A DNA stretch of 32,730 nt from Bigelowiella natans CCMP2755 (taxonomy: Eukaryota; Protista; Cercozoa): assembly GCA_000320545.1 (NCBI GenBank), contig ADNK01003170.1:1-32730 (forward strand), written 5' to 3'. Under the pieces are notes generated by a model. That model saw only the letters and a list, made by a program, of their open reading frames with translations. It searched no databases and was not told the DNA's origin. The position numbers and the translations under genes are program-made. Positions 12,120 through 23,665 of this stretch are shown one piece after another. Within the stretch, counting starts at the first letter, position 1; each line of letters opens with the position of its first letter.

Positions 12120-12960
12120 TCTAGAGTATCGCATTCACATATCGAAGCGTAGTTACAACGTCCTAGCGTCGTATACAGCACAGCCGCAAGCCAACATGCT
12201 AATCTGTCTCTAGCACTCTGTGTTGTGGTGACTTCTTGCGCATGTATGTATTTATCACCAAGCTAAACAGTATATGGATCGCACAGCTGGCTAGCTGGCC
12301 AAGATTTGGAATACGTATATGCGACACGCTATAATATGGCACGTACGATACGTACATATCTAGATGTATGTGCACAATCTAGCAATGTGTACTACACATC
12401 TGCGGAGTATCGCGCAGCTGTGTAGCTGCTAGCTAGCTAGCTAGCAGCCTGGTACGTGTTTCTAGATCTACAGAGGCATGCATGCGTAGGCACAACCACA
12501 TGAGAAAGATTGCTAGATTGTCATGTGCGTGTCAAGGCCATATCATTGAACATTGCACAGAAAAATTTAAACATTTCATCATGCATATATCCGTCTCACA
12601 TTGACAGATACGCACGTGCACAGCGTCTGATGCCGCCAACTGTCTCTAGATCTAGCCATAGCTTGCTAGCTAGCTAGCTAGCTCGCTCTAGAGTTGCCTG
12701 CTAGCGCTAGACCAATATGACATGGCTAGCTAGATGGATGCCACACCTCTTATTAGCAAACGTAGGATGGGCCACGATAGACACTGATATGCATGTCTGC
12801 TGTACATGAGAAGATGATGGTGTTGACACGCTAGCACGATGCGTATGCGGTGCAGCACAATATCAAATTAGCCATGCGCATGCGCTCTATCAGCATTGGC
12901 AATGGTTGGCTAGACTTGTTGAGTTTGCACGCATGCATGTCGATCCATCTAGAGATGTTA
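12120..12960. repeat. Palindrome-rich spacer (CTAG/GCTAGC/CATG/TGCA) between convergent rpl12 and patatin genes
   Basis: Perfect 24-bp palindrome gctgctagctagctagctagcagc at 12425-12448; 13-bp inverted repeat acaatctagcaat (12374-12386) / attgctagattgt (12509-12521); second (GCTA)n run at ~12665-12683; many tctaga, gcatgc and gtgcac sites. Confidence 0.85.
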
Positions 12961-13046
12961 TAAGATATAAAGATGTAACATGATTCGTTGCCTTGCCTTT
13001 CAATTATTATAAGCTATATCAATTTTCATAACTGTTCATGTCATTT

Positions 13047-14495
13047 TCATTTTTCTTTTCTATCTTTAGAGACACTGGTTTTCAAACGAGCATATAATTC
13101 CGCCGATAAACGACTGTGAAGCTCAGAACAAGCATGGTCAGAAAGGGCGGGAATGTTCTGAAGGATAATTTTTATGCTCTTATTGTCCATTTCTATCTTA
13201 GGGGGGTTGTTTTTAGTGCGCCAGCAGCAGGTGTCAGCAAAATGATATCGTATCGAAAAATAACTGATAATTATTGTAACTAGAGTGATAGCGCATGCTT
13301 TTTTCCGTTCAAGAATAAATTTTATTGCGTCACCTTTCAATAACCACAACCACCAAGTCGTGCTCGAGGAACCTTGGTTTGCACTACTTCTTTCGAAGAT
13401 ACTTCGCTCTTGTGTATCCCCATCTTCTATCCTTCCCATTTCATCCTCAACTCCACTAGGAACACTGAAGTCCCTCCCCTCCTCGTTGCATGGAGGCAGT
13501 TGTTCGTATCGAGATGGTCGCTGTAACATGGCTTCAGTAGCATGACCACATTTGACAAGTAAATCCGCAAGATCATTGTAGCCTACACTAACCATGAAAT
13601 CTTTGTGACTTTCACACAGATCGAATGAAACCGGATGGACTGCCGATACATTAAAGCTGGCCATGTCGGTGTTCTCATCGGTATGGTCGTAGTCGTCGAC
13701 CGAGCGTGTGGCTGAACTTGCAAATATCATGAGGAGCTGCATTGCATACTCTGGGAGGCTATCGAACGATTCTCGCCTTACAATCCTAGAATATCTCCCA
13801 TGTCGCATTAGCGACAGGCCGAGTATTGTTCCGTTATCTCCTGCAAATGCATCTAATGGTAATGATCTTGCAACTCCACCATCGACAAAGAGATCCCCAT
13901 TATAAGATACAGGCCTAAAGAAGAAAGGTATCGCTGAGGAGGCTAAGACAGCTTTTGCCACAGGCATGTCAGTAGCAGAGCGACGATCAAAGAAGGTCAA
14001 GACTCCTGTATTCATATTAACCGCGGTTATTCGGAGCTCTTTCTTCGACAATTCGTACAATTTTCCAAAAGTTACATTAGCAACCCCTGTCTTTCGGAAG
14101 AGCATTCCTTCTACCAGATCTAACAAGGGAGTTCCAGAATACCATCCGAAATTTGCCATTAGCCTGGACACGTCTACGAACACGTTCCCACTTGAATCAA
14201 GGAAGGACTTAAAATCGACCAACCGAAGTTCATCCGCAACCTCTTCAGCTTCATATCCTGCTGCTAATAATGCAGCTCCGATAGAACCCGCACTCGTTCC
14301 CGAAAAACCTTCCATTCCCTGCAGTATCCCTGCATCCTGCAAAGCGCGGACTGCCCCAGAATAGGTTACTCCTCTAACTCCACCTCCCTCTAATGCTAGG
14401 TACTTGTATGGGCCCTTCGCACAGATCTCCGGATCCAACGTAGACCCAGACACCACGTATAAAAATATAAGCAAGGTCACATGCTGTGGCCCCAT
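13047..14495 (-). CDS. Patatin-like phospholipase, intronless, with signal peptide and C-terminal transmembrane segment, 482 aa
   Basis: Oxyanion motif LEGGGVRG, nucleophile GTSAG, ASSAIPFFF, catalytic VDGG; hydrophobic N-terminus VTLLIFLYVVS; TM-like AITLVTIIISYFSI. Confidence 0.93.
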   Translation of the reverse strand: MGPQHVTLLIFLYVVSGSTLDPEICAKGPYKYLALEGGGVRGVTYSGAVRALQDAGILQGMEGFSGTSAGSIGAALLAAGYEAEEVADELRLVDFKSFLDSSGNVFVDVSRLMANFGWYSGTPLLDLVEGMLFRKTGVANVTFGKLYELSKKELRITAVNMNTGVLTFFDRRSATDMPVAKAVLASSAIPFFFRPVSYNGDLFVDGGVARSLPLDAFAGDNGTILGLSLMRHGRYSRIVRRESFDSLPEYAMQLLMIFASSATRSVDDYDHTDENTDMASFNVSAVHPVSFDLCESHKDFMVSVGYNDLADLLVKCGHATEAMLQRPSRYEQLPPCNEEGRDFSVPSGVEDEMGRIEDGDTQERSIFERSSANQGSSSTTWWLWLLKGDAIKFILERKKACAITLVTIIISYFSIRYHFADTCCWRTKNNPPKIEMDNKSIKIILQNIPALSDHACSELHSRLSAELYARLKTSVSKDRKEK

Positions 14496-15031
14496 TGCAG
14501 ATGTCGCATACTAAGATCGTTGTCGATCTAATGTTGTCGCCTCAATAAATACCCCTGTAATTTCTAAAATGATTATTTATCGCGATTCACCTGGTTGCGA
14601 CATTCTCTGAACTGGCCGTCATGACTGCTCGTGCAACTGATGAATTAGGACGAAACTTTTGATGCTCTCGACTTTTATTTTTGTCAATGTGTTTTCCAAA
14701 GGAGAAATAATACGAGCATCTCTCTGTAACAATTTCCCCATGCCATTTTGGATATGCGACATAGTAAACAGAGGCAAAATGAGGGATATATGCGCTGCTA
14801 TTGAGCTGCTCTGAAGAATGGCGACCTTTTTCAACAATTCGATGATGAAGCTTGCTGTACAAGCTTGACTTGATACAAGAACCAACTAGGAAATGTGCAT
14901 CAGGTTTCAATTATGGCTTTGTAAATCCAAAGAGCCTCGCAAAAAATATCACACCTACCCCGGACCGGACAAAAAAAGGAAGGAGGACTTTTTTCCTTCT
15001 CCACTAGGGATAACTTCTTGACAAACAAAAA

Positions 15032-18000
15032 ATGACTCTAAGCAACAAAGAAGGGCAAGGGAAAAAATGTGCTGGAGCTGCGTCCCCAAGCGAAAGGATC
15101 CTGCTTCGCTCTAGAAGTATAGTCGATGAGGGCACCATCATTAAGGAAAAAATACAGGTAGCATCGGAGCATCGGTAGCATGCAATGTTTTCATTCAACT
15201 TTATCAAATCTCAATGCATTAAAAAGATGCATGTTTGATATCTTAAACATCACTCCATGCTCCATATTAAGATATTAAGATCCGATTCCAATGACGTGTT
15301 ATTATTCCAATAATGTAGGACAAAACCGATGTTCAAGACGAATTGAAACGGGGGACACAGAAAAGAAATGTTCCTAAAACAAAACCAACTTCAGGCAATG
15401 AGAGGGTTTTGAGGAACCCATTGAACCCGATTTCCCCAATATCTTTATCTACCTCCAATTCTTCAGAAAATTACATTGAAGGGTTTGAATCTGATGGATT
15501 GGTTTCTTACTTTCAACTTGAACAAGAATCCAGAGAAGCGTCGCTGTCCACATTTAACTCGTCTCGGCTACGTAAATGGGTCCAGAACCTGAAAGCTTCA
15601 TGGAAGCGGAAGGGCTTGATTCATTCAAATCAGCAAATATCGCTCATGAGGAGAGCTAGCCGTAAATCTGATGTTTGTATAAAGGAAGACAATCGTGTCG
15701 TAGTGAAAAAAGAAAAAAGGAGGGGGGCTAGGCGACCTGATTCGATAACGCGCATAAAGGCTCATTCGCATTCATTTCAAAATAGAAGAGTTCAACATAG
15801 GATCAGAATTAGAACACAACACCCAACTAGGCAGTCGAGCGACGACACGCACCAACCCAAACGAATTCGCACCGGCCATTCTCCACCTCTACCATTACCA
15901 GCAATTCCTGCTATGACTGATAACTACGGGGTTACATCTAAATCAGAAAGTAATACGCTAAGATCTAGAAAACGCTTCATATCACCTGCACGTAGGCAGA
16001 TAAAACGTCCTGCAATTGTCGCCAGCTCGTCACACTTGCCGCTGACAACTTCGACAAGTCGTTCGCGAAATATGAATAATATCCTGCAAAATACTAATAC
16101 ATTTGAATCTACACTACCCATTACCACTGATTATCCTCAACTTGATTCCCATATTCAATCTTTCTCAACTACGAACTTAGACAGCCTTAGAGGAAATAGG
16201 ACCTCATCTAGTAACACGGAATTCTATGTCACCCAACCACCCTCATCTTCAGGATTCGAATTCAATTCACAGCTCAGCACTAAATCTAGTCAATTATTGA
16301 AGGGGGAGAACAATATCATGGGGAGGAATAGAAAGGCAATCCGAGAAGGAAAAATAGAGCGCATAAAGCTATCTAAACAAACAATTATGTCTTCTGATAT
16401 TCTCTCATCAAGAGATCATACCCAATACATCAAAGATTTCGCAGAAAAATCGTACATTGAAAAGAATGAAACTTCCAAAAGCTTCAATACGAATTCAAAT
16501 CTTAACATCAACGATAGCCGAGGCAAAAACACTGGCATGCTGCAGTCAATATTGGATTACCCAAAATGGAATGAAAGGAAACAAAATATAATTTACCAGC
16601 AGTTGTGCGTTGAAGGAGGTATTGGTCATAGTATCAGCAATACTCTGAAGAAACCCAAGGCTAGCATGATGCTCGGAACAACAGAACCTTTCCTTTCTAT
16701 TGAGATGGTAACTGTTGAGGAAAACTTTGAGAACGGAAAAATGTCAGTCATAATAGCACGTATTACACAATTTATGATGGGGTTTCTCATAAGAGTATTC
16801 ATGTTATTAGGCAATACAATCGTGGAAATTTTGAGGCAGCTCGAGATTTGTTCACGGTTGCGCTGACATACTTGCTGGGTCAGCAACATGATAACAAACC
16901 GCTTTCTCGTATGATAAAGATCAATCCGAACTATTTGAAAACCTCGCAATCGGTAACGATTCGTATCTTAATGCTCCACTAAACTCCCCCTTCTTGGTGT
17001 TTCCGTTGAAAAGAACATATATTTAAGGGACTTTTGGAGAAAGACGACCCATTCAAGTTAGTAGCGGGAGCATGGACACTGACATACTGTCGATCGCTAG
17101 CAGAATACCACGTTAGTTCAGAAAATTACACATGAAATGTTATCACACGCTAAATCAATTCTTATGTTTGTTCTAATAGTTGCAGCAGTTTGAACGAGCA
17201 TGTATAGACTCTTCAGAAGCTGTGAGACTCTTTGACTTATTGTACCGCAGCTCGACCTTTACTTTTTCTCCATCGACAGAAGAGGTCTGTGACGCTATCT
17301 TACCGTCTTACCACGTTTGAAATTAAAACCAACTCAATTCTTGAGTAGATTGATCATTTGGCTACGATTCATTTTGTACGCGGGCTTGCATTGATGCAAC
17401 TTGGAAGCTATAGTAATGCCCTTGTAGCTGTTAAAAGGTAGAATCATACAGGCAAACATGAATATAGAACTAAAAATTGTCATCTTGCTTCTGTAGTTAT
17501 AAGTGCTACACACATGATATCAGGTCCATCGAGATCTATGAGGAGGGGGTTATATTAAGATCTTCATCAACAAGTCTGGTAGGTGGAAGTAAACTTTCAA
17601 ATATGGAACATATATTGCCCCCAAAACTTTCACATGGTCAGCTAGCAAGCAAGGCCCCCAGCAGTTGTAGACGTCTTTCGAGTGGTGATCAAGACAAAGT
17701 AGAGAACAATAAAAAAATGTTGGGGAAAGATCGTCCTAGCTCTGGTGCGAAGCAAACTTTCAGTCACCTGGATAAAAACTGTGGAAATGAAAGTGGCATT
17801 ATCAGCGCGGAGCAGCATGCAGCTGCGTTAAAGAAAGCACTCCATCGAGCATTATTGCAGCAAGAACAGGTTCATACAAATGAATTCCCTCTCAAGAAAA
17901 GTGCAGAGGTAAACATTCTGAGCAAATGCGGAGATGGCGACGGCATTGAAGGAAGGGATGTAAGAATTCACAAGGACAGTAAGCGGTCGAGGCAAAGGAA

Positions 18001-20823
18001 GTTCAAACCTAGTAATAACAAAGCAAGTGAGGCACATGATATACACACCAAATCAACACCCGATATCAAGTCAGTCGAAGGTAAAGGAGTCACAATATCA
18101 GCAATGGCCACACACGCGTCAGGTCGTAGTCCTGTGCTTTTAGCTTCAACTCTATCTAAAGCGGATTATTATGTAAGTCCCAGTGAAATCAGTAGAAGAC
18201 GACGACGCGCAAAAATAGAGCAAACGGATACCTGCGATGAACCGACGACAGATGGGAAAATTACAATAGAAGGCAGAAGGAAAACTTTTACACTTGTTAA
18301 GTCCAATGCATCAACCTCCTCCGATCTCGAAAGTAAAACAAAATCTACACAGGAAGGGGCTGAGGAAAAGGAGAGCAGCAACGTTTCCCAGCTACCTGCC
18401 GATAGTAAGATGAAGAGCAACCGAGGATCGCTGAATAATGCGATGATTATGAAAAGAGCACCTGGAAACCAACAAGTTGAAAGTAGACCTTCTCATAAGA
18501 GCTCTAGCGATTTGCAATTAGCACAATCATCTACAACACCACGAGTGAGTACAAATACCCTCCTTTCGGATTCAAAGACGCTGGAAAGAAACACCCTAAA
18601 AATTGAGGAAAATATCCATTCTTCAGAATCTAATTCAGGAAGAACCAGAGCAGCAAGAAAATCCACACAATCTTTGGATGTCGATGAGATACAGGCTATA
18701 GGAAAACATGATGAAGATGAAAGATTATCAGATGCAATGATGATGATGAGATACTTGAGGGCGCGACGTCGTAAGCAGGTAACAGTAACATTAAGCATCA
18801 TCCCTTTTTTCTGATTCCTACATCCTTAGGCCAAGGAGAGCGAACAAGATTTGCAGCGCGACTCGGTACTAACAGCTTAATGCAAACAACATCATTGTTG
18901 CATACATAACTATAAAAGAATATTTAAATGGAAAAGCAACAACATTTATTCTATTTCGAATATATCAGAAACACTTAATGATTCAAAGCAATAGAAGGCT
19001 CAAATCAATGATGATGAGGACGTGTGGTAGCGTAATGCTTGGAGATAAATAGTAATCTGAATGGATGTATCAAATTACGTTTGCGTATTGATATTAATAT
19101 CAACCAGATAGTAATGCATTCGTTGTTAGGTTCAAAACTGAAATAAGAGTTTTACGTGAACTTAATAGGTCAGAAAATTACGACACCATTAAAGCAAGAT
19201 GAAGGCTTCACAGCGTTGACAAATCAAAGTGAAAATAGAGAATTGCCTCCCCGAGAAGAAGGTAACAGATATTAATTATTGGACGAAATAAATCGAGAAA
19301 ACTTCTTGGTATTAGATGAACCCGCCCGGGAACGACAAAAATATCGAAATGAAACATTTGATACCATTGGTAATGAGAATAGTCAGCCAGCTGCTGGAGA
19401 TATCCAATTAATATCAAAGCGGTCTCTCTACCATTCACCTATCATACAGCAGCAGTCATGGGTACGCTCTTGAATCATACAAGAGGAAGCAAGATTCTTC
19501 CATCTCGAAAATCATACTAATGTCAGTTAATGTACAGGTGTCAAATCCCATGTCAAATGAAAAATATGGAAATCTAAAAGCCATTGATGAAGGGGAAAGA
19601 ATTCAATCTAAGACAAGAAATCGACAGTTATGTTCTCCCTTTACATCGACCTTGGAAGACATGAAACATCGAGAGCACCTAAAAGGAGTCATAGAGATGA
19701 TGGAAAGGAAACGTGGTGAAGTTCAAAGGCAACGAGATGAAATAGAGAAAGAGATGCTGATAATGATGAAGGAGGGCGCTCATGAGAGTGAACGCAGGCC
19801 GAAGTCCTTATTATTGAAGGAAGAGAGACATGGATCGCTTAAACGAGCTAGATTTCGCAACTCAAGAGGTATTGCAAGGACCGATCATTCTTTACATAAG
19901 AAGTTAGGAAGATGTAAAATTCGAACGATAATTATAATACTTGGATTACAGCAGATTATCGTCATATGTTTTAGGAAATGAAAGTGCCATGTTAAGTGAG
20001 GCTCAGCGAATTGAAGATGATGAGGACGTTGCTTCGTCGTATCTAATCAACACGTATACTATCAATATAAGTTTTATGGAGAAAAAAATTGTAAGAATTC
20101 TTCTTTCAGCATAAATCGGAAAAAATCAGAGGACCAATGCCAGCGAATGTCTCCAGAACATCGAAATGATGTTACCCAGGCCAGTCGTCATGGAAACTCT
20201 TCTCCTCCTCCTGGACGCCTTAGCATACTGAGAGAAGCTATGGAGGAACTTTATCATCACCAAGCTATGGTAAACGAACACTCTTATTCAATAGAGAAGC
20301 CGTGAAACTCTGAACCAGTATTTTTTTTCGGCAGGAAGCGAAATATTTTTACTCTAACGATGCATCCAGGGCGATGGGCATGGATATGGAAACATGCGGT
20401 GCTCAGAATAGTGGCATAAACTCACAAATGTGTGACTACGATGATGATAGAATAGCAATGATTGTCAAAACTTCAAATAGTCTGGAAAGCAATCGAAGTC
20501 TTCATGATTCCTCAGCGGTAGATGTGGATGCTATTGGCAGAGATAGTTTCCATGTCCTGGATCGAGAGAGATTCTCAGAACAGGAAGCAGTCGAACTCCT
20601 ACATGTCCGATCAGAAATGGGTGTAGGAGGAGGAATGCATAATGAGCCATACAGTTATGGAGACAGCGCTCATCATGATTTCAACGATCACCGCTTACTT
20701 GCAAGTGCTATTGACCCAGATATTGTGGCAGCTGCAGCATCGGGAGTAATTTCTGGAGTTTCTACAGACCCTTCCACATCAAACCTGCTACTGAGTGATG
20801 ATCATCTCCTAATTAGAACGTAA
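15032..20823 (+). CDS. Large multi-exon protein with a central TPR-like repeat region flanked by long disordered Ser/Lys/Arg-rich regions
   Basis: Exon 1 15032-15157 splices in frame to 15319-16742. Short exons then give NFENGKM/QYNRGNFEAARDLFTVALTY, YCRSLAEYH/LQQFERACIDSSEAVRL and LATIHFVRGLALMQLGSYSNALVAVKR/SIEIY (TPR-like helices). A long exon runs ~17524-18778 and the last exon ~20335-20823. Connectivity of 18830-20330 is not fully resolved, so this could be two genes. Confidence 0.7.
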
Positions 20824-21309
20824 ACTATTTAAATTAAAGAAATGTCGTACTGGTGGTATATGCTCATAGCTAGTTCATCGTTTGTGTGTCAGAAAGCATG
20901 ATTGCGTGTCACTGACTACAACATTAACTAAATATAGACCTCAATGTACGTGCCCGCGTGGACATGATATTCATCGGGATGAAGCGCTCACTGAAAGTTT
21001 CACGTGTGTGGTGTGTCAAGCGCGTGTTCAGGTAACTGTTGAATCGTTTAGTCATTCCAAACAACAAAACGATCCATTACAATGCAATTCTCGCTCATAT
21101 TTAGGTTGCATTTACATGTCATGAATGCGATTGGTTGGCTTGCATAAGTTGTGTTTTTCATTCATCTGAGTGCGATGGAAGTTAATCAGTAAACACATGA
21201 AGCTGAAAAAGGATAGCTTCGCCAACACACCGCTCTAGTAGCAATATTAAACCTTATTTGCAGATGCATATAATGTTGCTACATTCGGTTAACAATAAAT
21301 CAACGCTGA

Positions 21310-21590
21310 AATTTCTCATGATATCATCAACATGTGCGCATCCATGTGTCAATGTCTAGACGTGTCAATGTAACATGCTTGATGACATGTTTCTGGACTT
21401 CATGTGTCCATGCTAGCATGCATGTGTGACAATGCAAGCATGCTAGCATGCTTGCATGATCCGCTGTGAATGATGTCACGTTGCACCTCAGATCTTGAAA
21501 CGACGCTCATGCTAGCATGTTTTCATTCGATCCATGCACTAAAGTGGTGTGTGCATTTCACTGCTTCACTGTGAACATTGCTGCTCAACT
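21310..21590. repeat. Palindrome-rich spacer (CATG/GCTAGC) between convergent genes
   Basis: Perfect 26-bp palindrome atgcaagcatgctagcatgcttgcat at 21432-21457; the 12-mer catgctagcatg occurs at 21409, 21439 and 21508. Confidence 0.85.
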
Positions 21591-21598
21591 GCTCATCG

Positions 21599-23665
21599 TC
21601 ATTTTATGTCGTCACCAAGACATTGATGAGAAATGCTAGCATTGTGCCCCGGATTCAACAAGTAAGGACAACTCTCTAGTGCATCTCGGCAACTCGTCAA
21701 CTCCACCTGGTTGCAATTTCCTAGGTATGATATTCCGGGATCTATGAAGTATTGCACATCTAGATCATCTGGAATGAACAAGCCGCGGAGACCGCAATGC
21801 TGAGGATAACTAGTGATAATCTCATCAGCTTTGCCCATTCCTTGGCTCCCTTTGAGAGTGTTCCCATGGTTGAAAGCCACAACAATGAGCGTGTCGCCGC
21901 GTTTCGTAGCCCATCGGCGACATTGGATATGTGAACGACGATCATACAATTCATGGCTTCCTCCTTCACTTCCTCCAGGAGCTGTCAAACCATTCATCGT
22001 AGTTGATTTCATTTCTAGGCAAGGAGCTTCTATGACACACACTGGAGATAACTGTTCCTTCACACTCCTGCCGCTATGCGTGGAAGATGAAAACGACGAC
22101 GATTTTGTGGCCAGAGCAATGTGGTCTAATATGTGCTTCTTTACATCTTCAACTGTAGATCCGAAGTGCTCCGGAATGTACGGAAGTTTGGTTACGTATG
22201 GGGAATCTGGATATGCTTGTTGTTCAAGTTTGGTGAGTCCTAAGATATCTCGGGAGATATTTGGGCCAGAGAATACCCACAACGACTCGGCACGAATCTG
22301 ATGAGCGTGAAATACTTGCTGCCCAGGAACAAACGAGCCATCATATCTATGTGTGTGCGAGTACCAAAATACAGATGACTTTTGAGGGGGTATTCCATAC
22401 ACGAACGGGCCATGCCTCTGAGCTGGAGCACCAAACGATATCTTGGCACCCACTCCCTTGTGTGGCCTCTGTCGTGTCCAAGCGATCGCAATTTCCATGT
22501 AGTATTCTATTGCTGGGGATCCTTTCGGTCTTACATGATTGAGAACAAAATCTACATATAGCGGGCTCGTAATACGATGTGCTACGCCATCTGGAAGCAT
22601 GCGCACAAGACAGTTTATCCCACCATGGGCACTGTGGCATTCAGAATCTCCATGCACTTCAATAATCGGGGCAACCCATGATTTTCGGGTGTGTATGTGG
22701 AAGTGGTGGATATGAATTGGAGGATAGCCTAAAGGTTCTCCGTTTTTATCCGTAGGAAAGGTTGCAGAGCCTACCACGAAAAGCTCTCCTCCATTGGCTT
22801 TGATTTCTTTGCTGAGTAAACCAATGTCCTTAATGTAACTCGCTACAGACCAATCATAGCCAGCTATTCCGGGGATTAGACCCACACGTTCAATTGTCCA
22901 ATGTATGGTGTTGTTGCCCCCGTTGTATCTATTATCTCGTGACGAGGAGGAGGAAGAGGAGGAAGAGGAGGAGGAGGAGGACTCACCTGTTCCTCCAAGA
23001 TCGCATCGTTGCCTTGACATCCTTGAGTGCTGAATATCATCGACAGGTATCGCTGGACAGTGATTAGGAGGCTGACACAAACCCCAATAATGGTAGTTGT
23101 GACTATTGTAGGCTTTATCGTTTGAATAATGAACAAGTTTCGAGTGATGGCCCTTTTGGGTAGTCCATCTACAATTTGACCGAAGATCAAAATACGCCCT
23201 TGCACTGGAAAAATTTGTGTCACCGCCATTTACCCAAGGTAACCACTCTTGCTCGGTTGCGGGATCTTTGATTCCGGCCGCGTTGGTAAGACGTACTATC
23301 TCAGCTGTTGGGCGGTCGCTAAATATCTTACAATCGATTTTCATTCCAGCAGCTTTCTCATTTTGCAAAGGCGAATTCACCATCGAACCCAGTAATATTC
23401 CGAGAATTATGAGAAATGGGAAGAAAGGGATGACTTTCGATGCCATAGACATGCAATTTACCTCACAGCGCCATCTCCTTAAGATTCTATTCGAAGAAGG
23501 TGATGCTTCTTTTTTGTGCAGCGCTTTCTTCTCGCTGAGTGATTTACCGAGACTCTTTTTTGGAGAAAGGTTTTCCCCCGGTGATATGGATGATGAATTC
23601 ACAACAGTGCTCAAAAGAACGTTATTTTCCGAGTCATCGCTTTCTATGTCTACTAAATCGCTCAT
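21599..23665 (-). CDS. Intronless 688-aa type II membrane protein; candidate PHM/DBH-fold (copper type II monooxygenase-like) protein
   Basis: Long ORF with a single TM (IPFFPFLIILGILLGSMV) and ordered motifs HIHHFHIH, LPDGVAHRI..FVLNH, YGIPPQKSSV, VFHAHQ, KRGDTLIV, QHCGL that parallel the PHM catalytic core. The coding status is clear; the family assignment is by eye. Confidence 0.6.
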   Translation of the reverse strand: MSDLVDIESDDSENNVLLSTVVNSSSISPGENLSPKKSLGKSLSEKKALHKKEASPSSNRILRRWRCEVNCMSMASKVIPFFPFLIILGILLGSMVNSPLQNEKAAGMKIDCKIFSDRPTAEIVRLTNAAGIKDPATEQEWLPWVNGGDTNFSSARAYFDLRSNCRWTTQKGHHSKLVHYSNDKAYNSHNYHYWGLCQPPNHCPAIPVDDIQHSRMSRQRCDLGGTGESSSSSSSSSSSSSSRDNRYNGGNNTIHWTIERVGLIPGIAGYDWSVASYIKDIGLLSKEIKANGGELFVVGSATFPTDKNGEPLGYPPIHIHHFHIHTRKSWVAPIIEVHGDSECHSAHGGINCLVRMLPDGVAHRITSPLYVDFVLNHVRPKGSPAIEYYMEIAIAWTRQRPHKGVGAKISFGAPAQRHGPFVYGIPPQKSSVFWYSHTHRYDGSFVPGQQVFHAHQIRAESLWVFSGPNISRDILGLTKLEQQAYPDSPYVTKLPYIPEHFGSTVEDVKKHILDHIALATKSSSFSSSTHSGRSVKEQLSPVCVIEAPCLEMKSTTMNGLTAPGGSEGGSHELYDRRSHIQCRRWATKRGDTLIVVAFNHGNTLKGSQGMGKADEIITSYPQHCGLRGLFIPDDLDVQYFIDPGISYLGNCNQVELTSCRDALESCPYLLNPGHNASISHQCLGDDIK

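Noticed and set aside
12120-12960. Autonomous transposon, tRNA or rRNA gene
   Set aside because: No transposase/RT ORF, no clear terminal repeats with target-site duplication, and no cloverleaf or rRNA signature seen.
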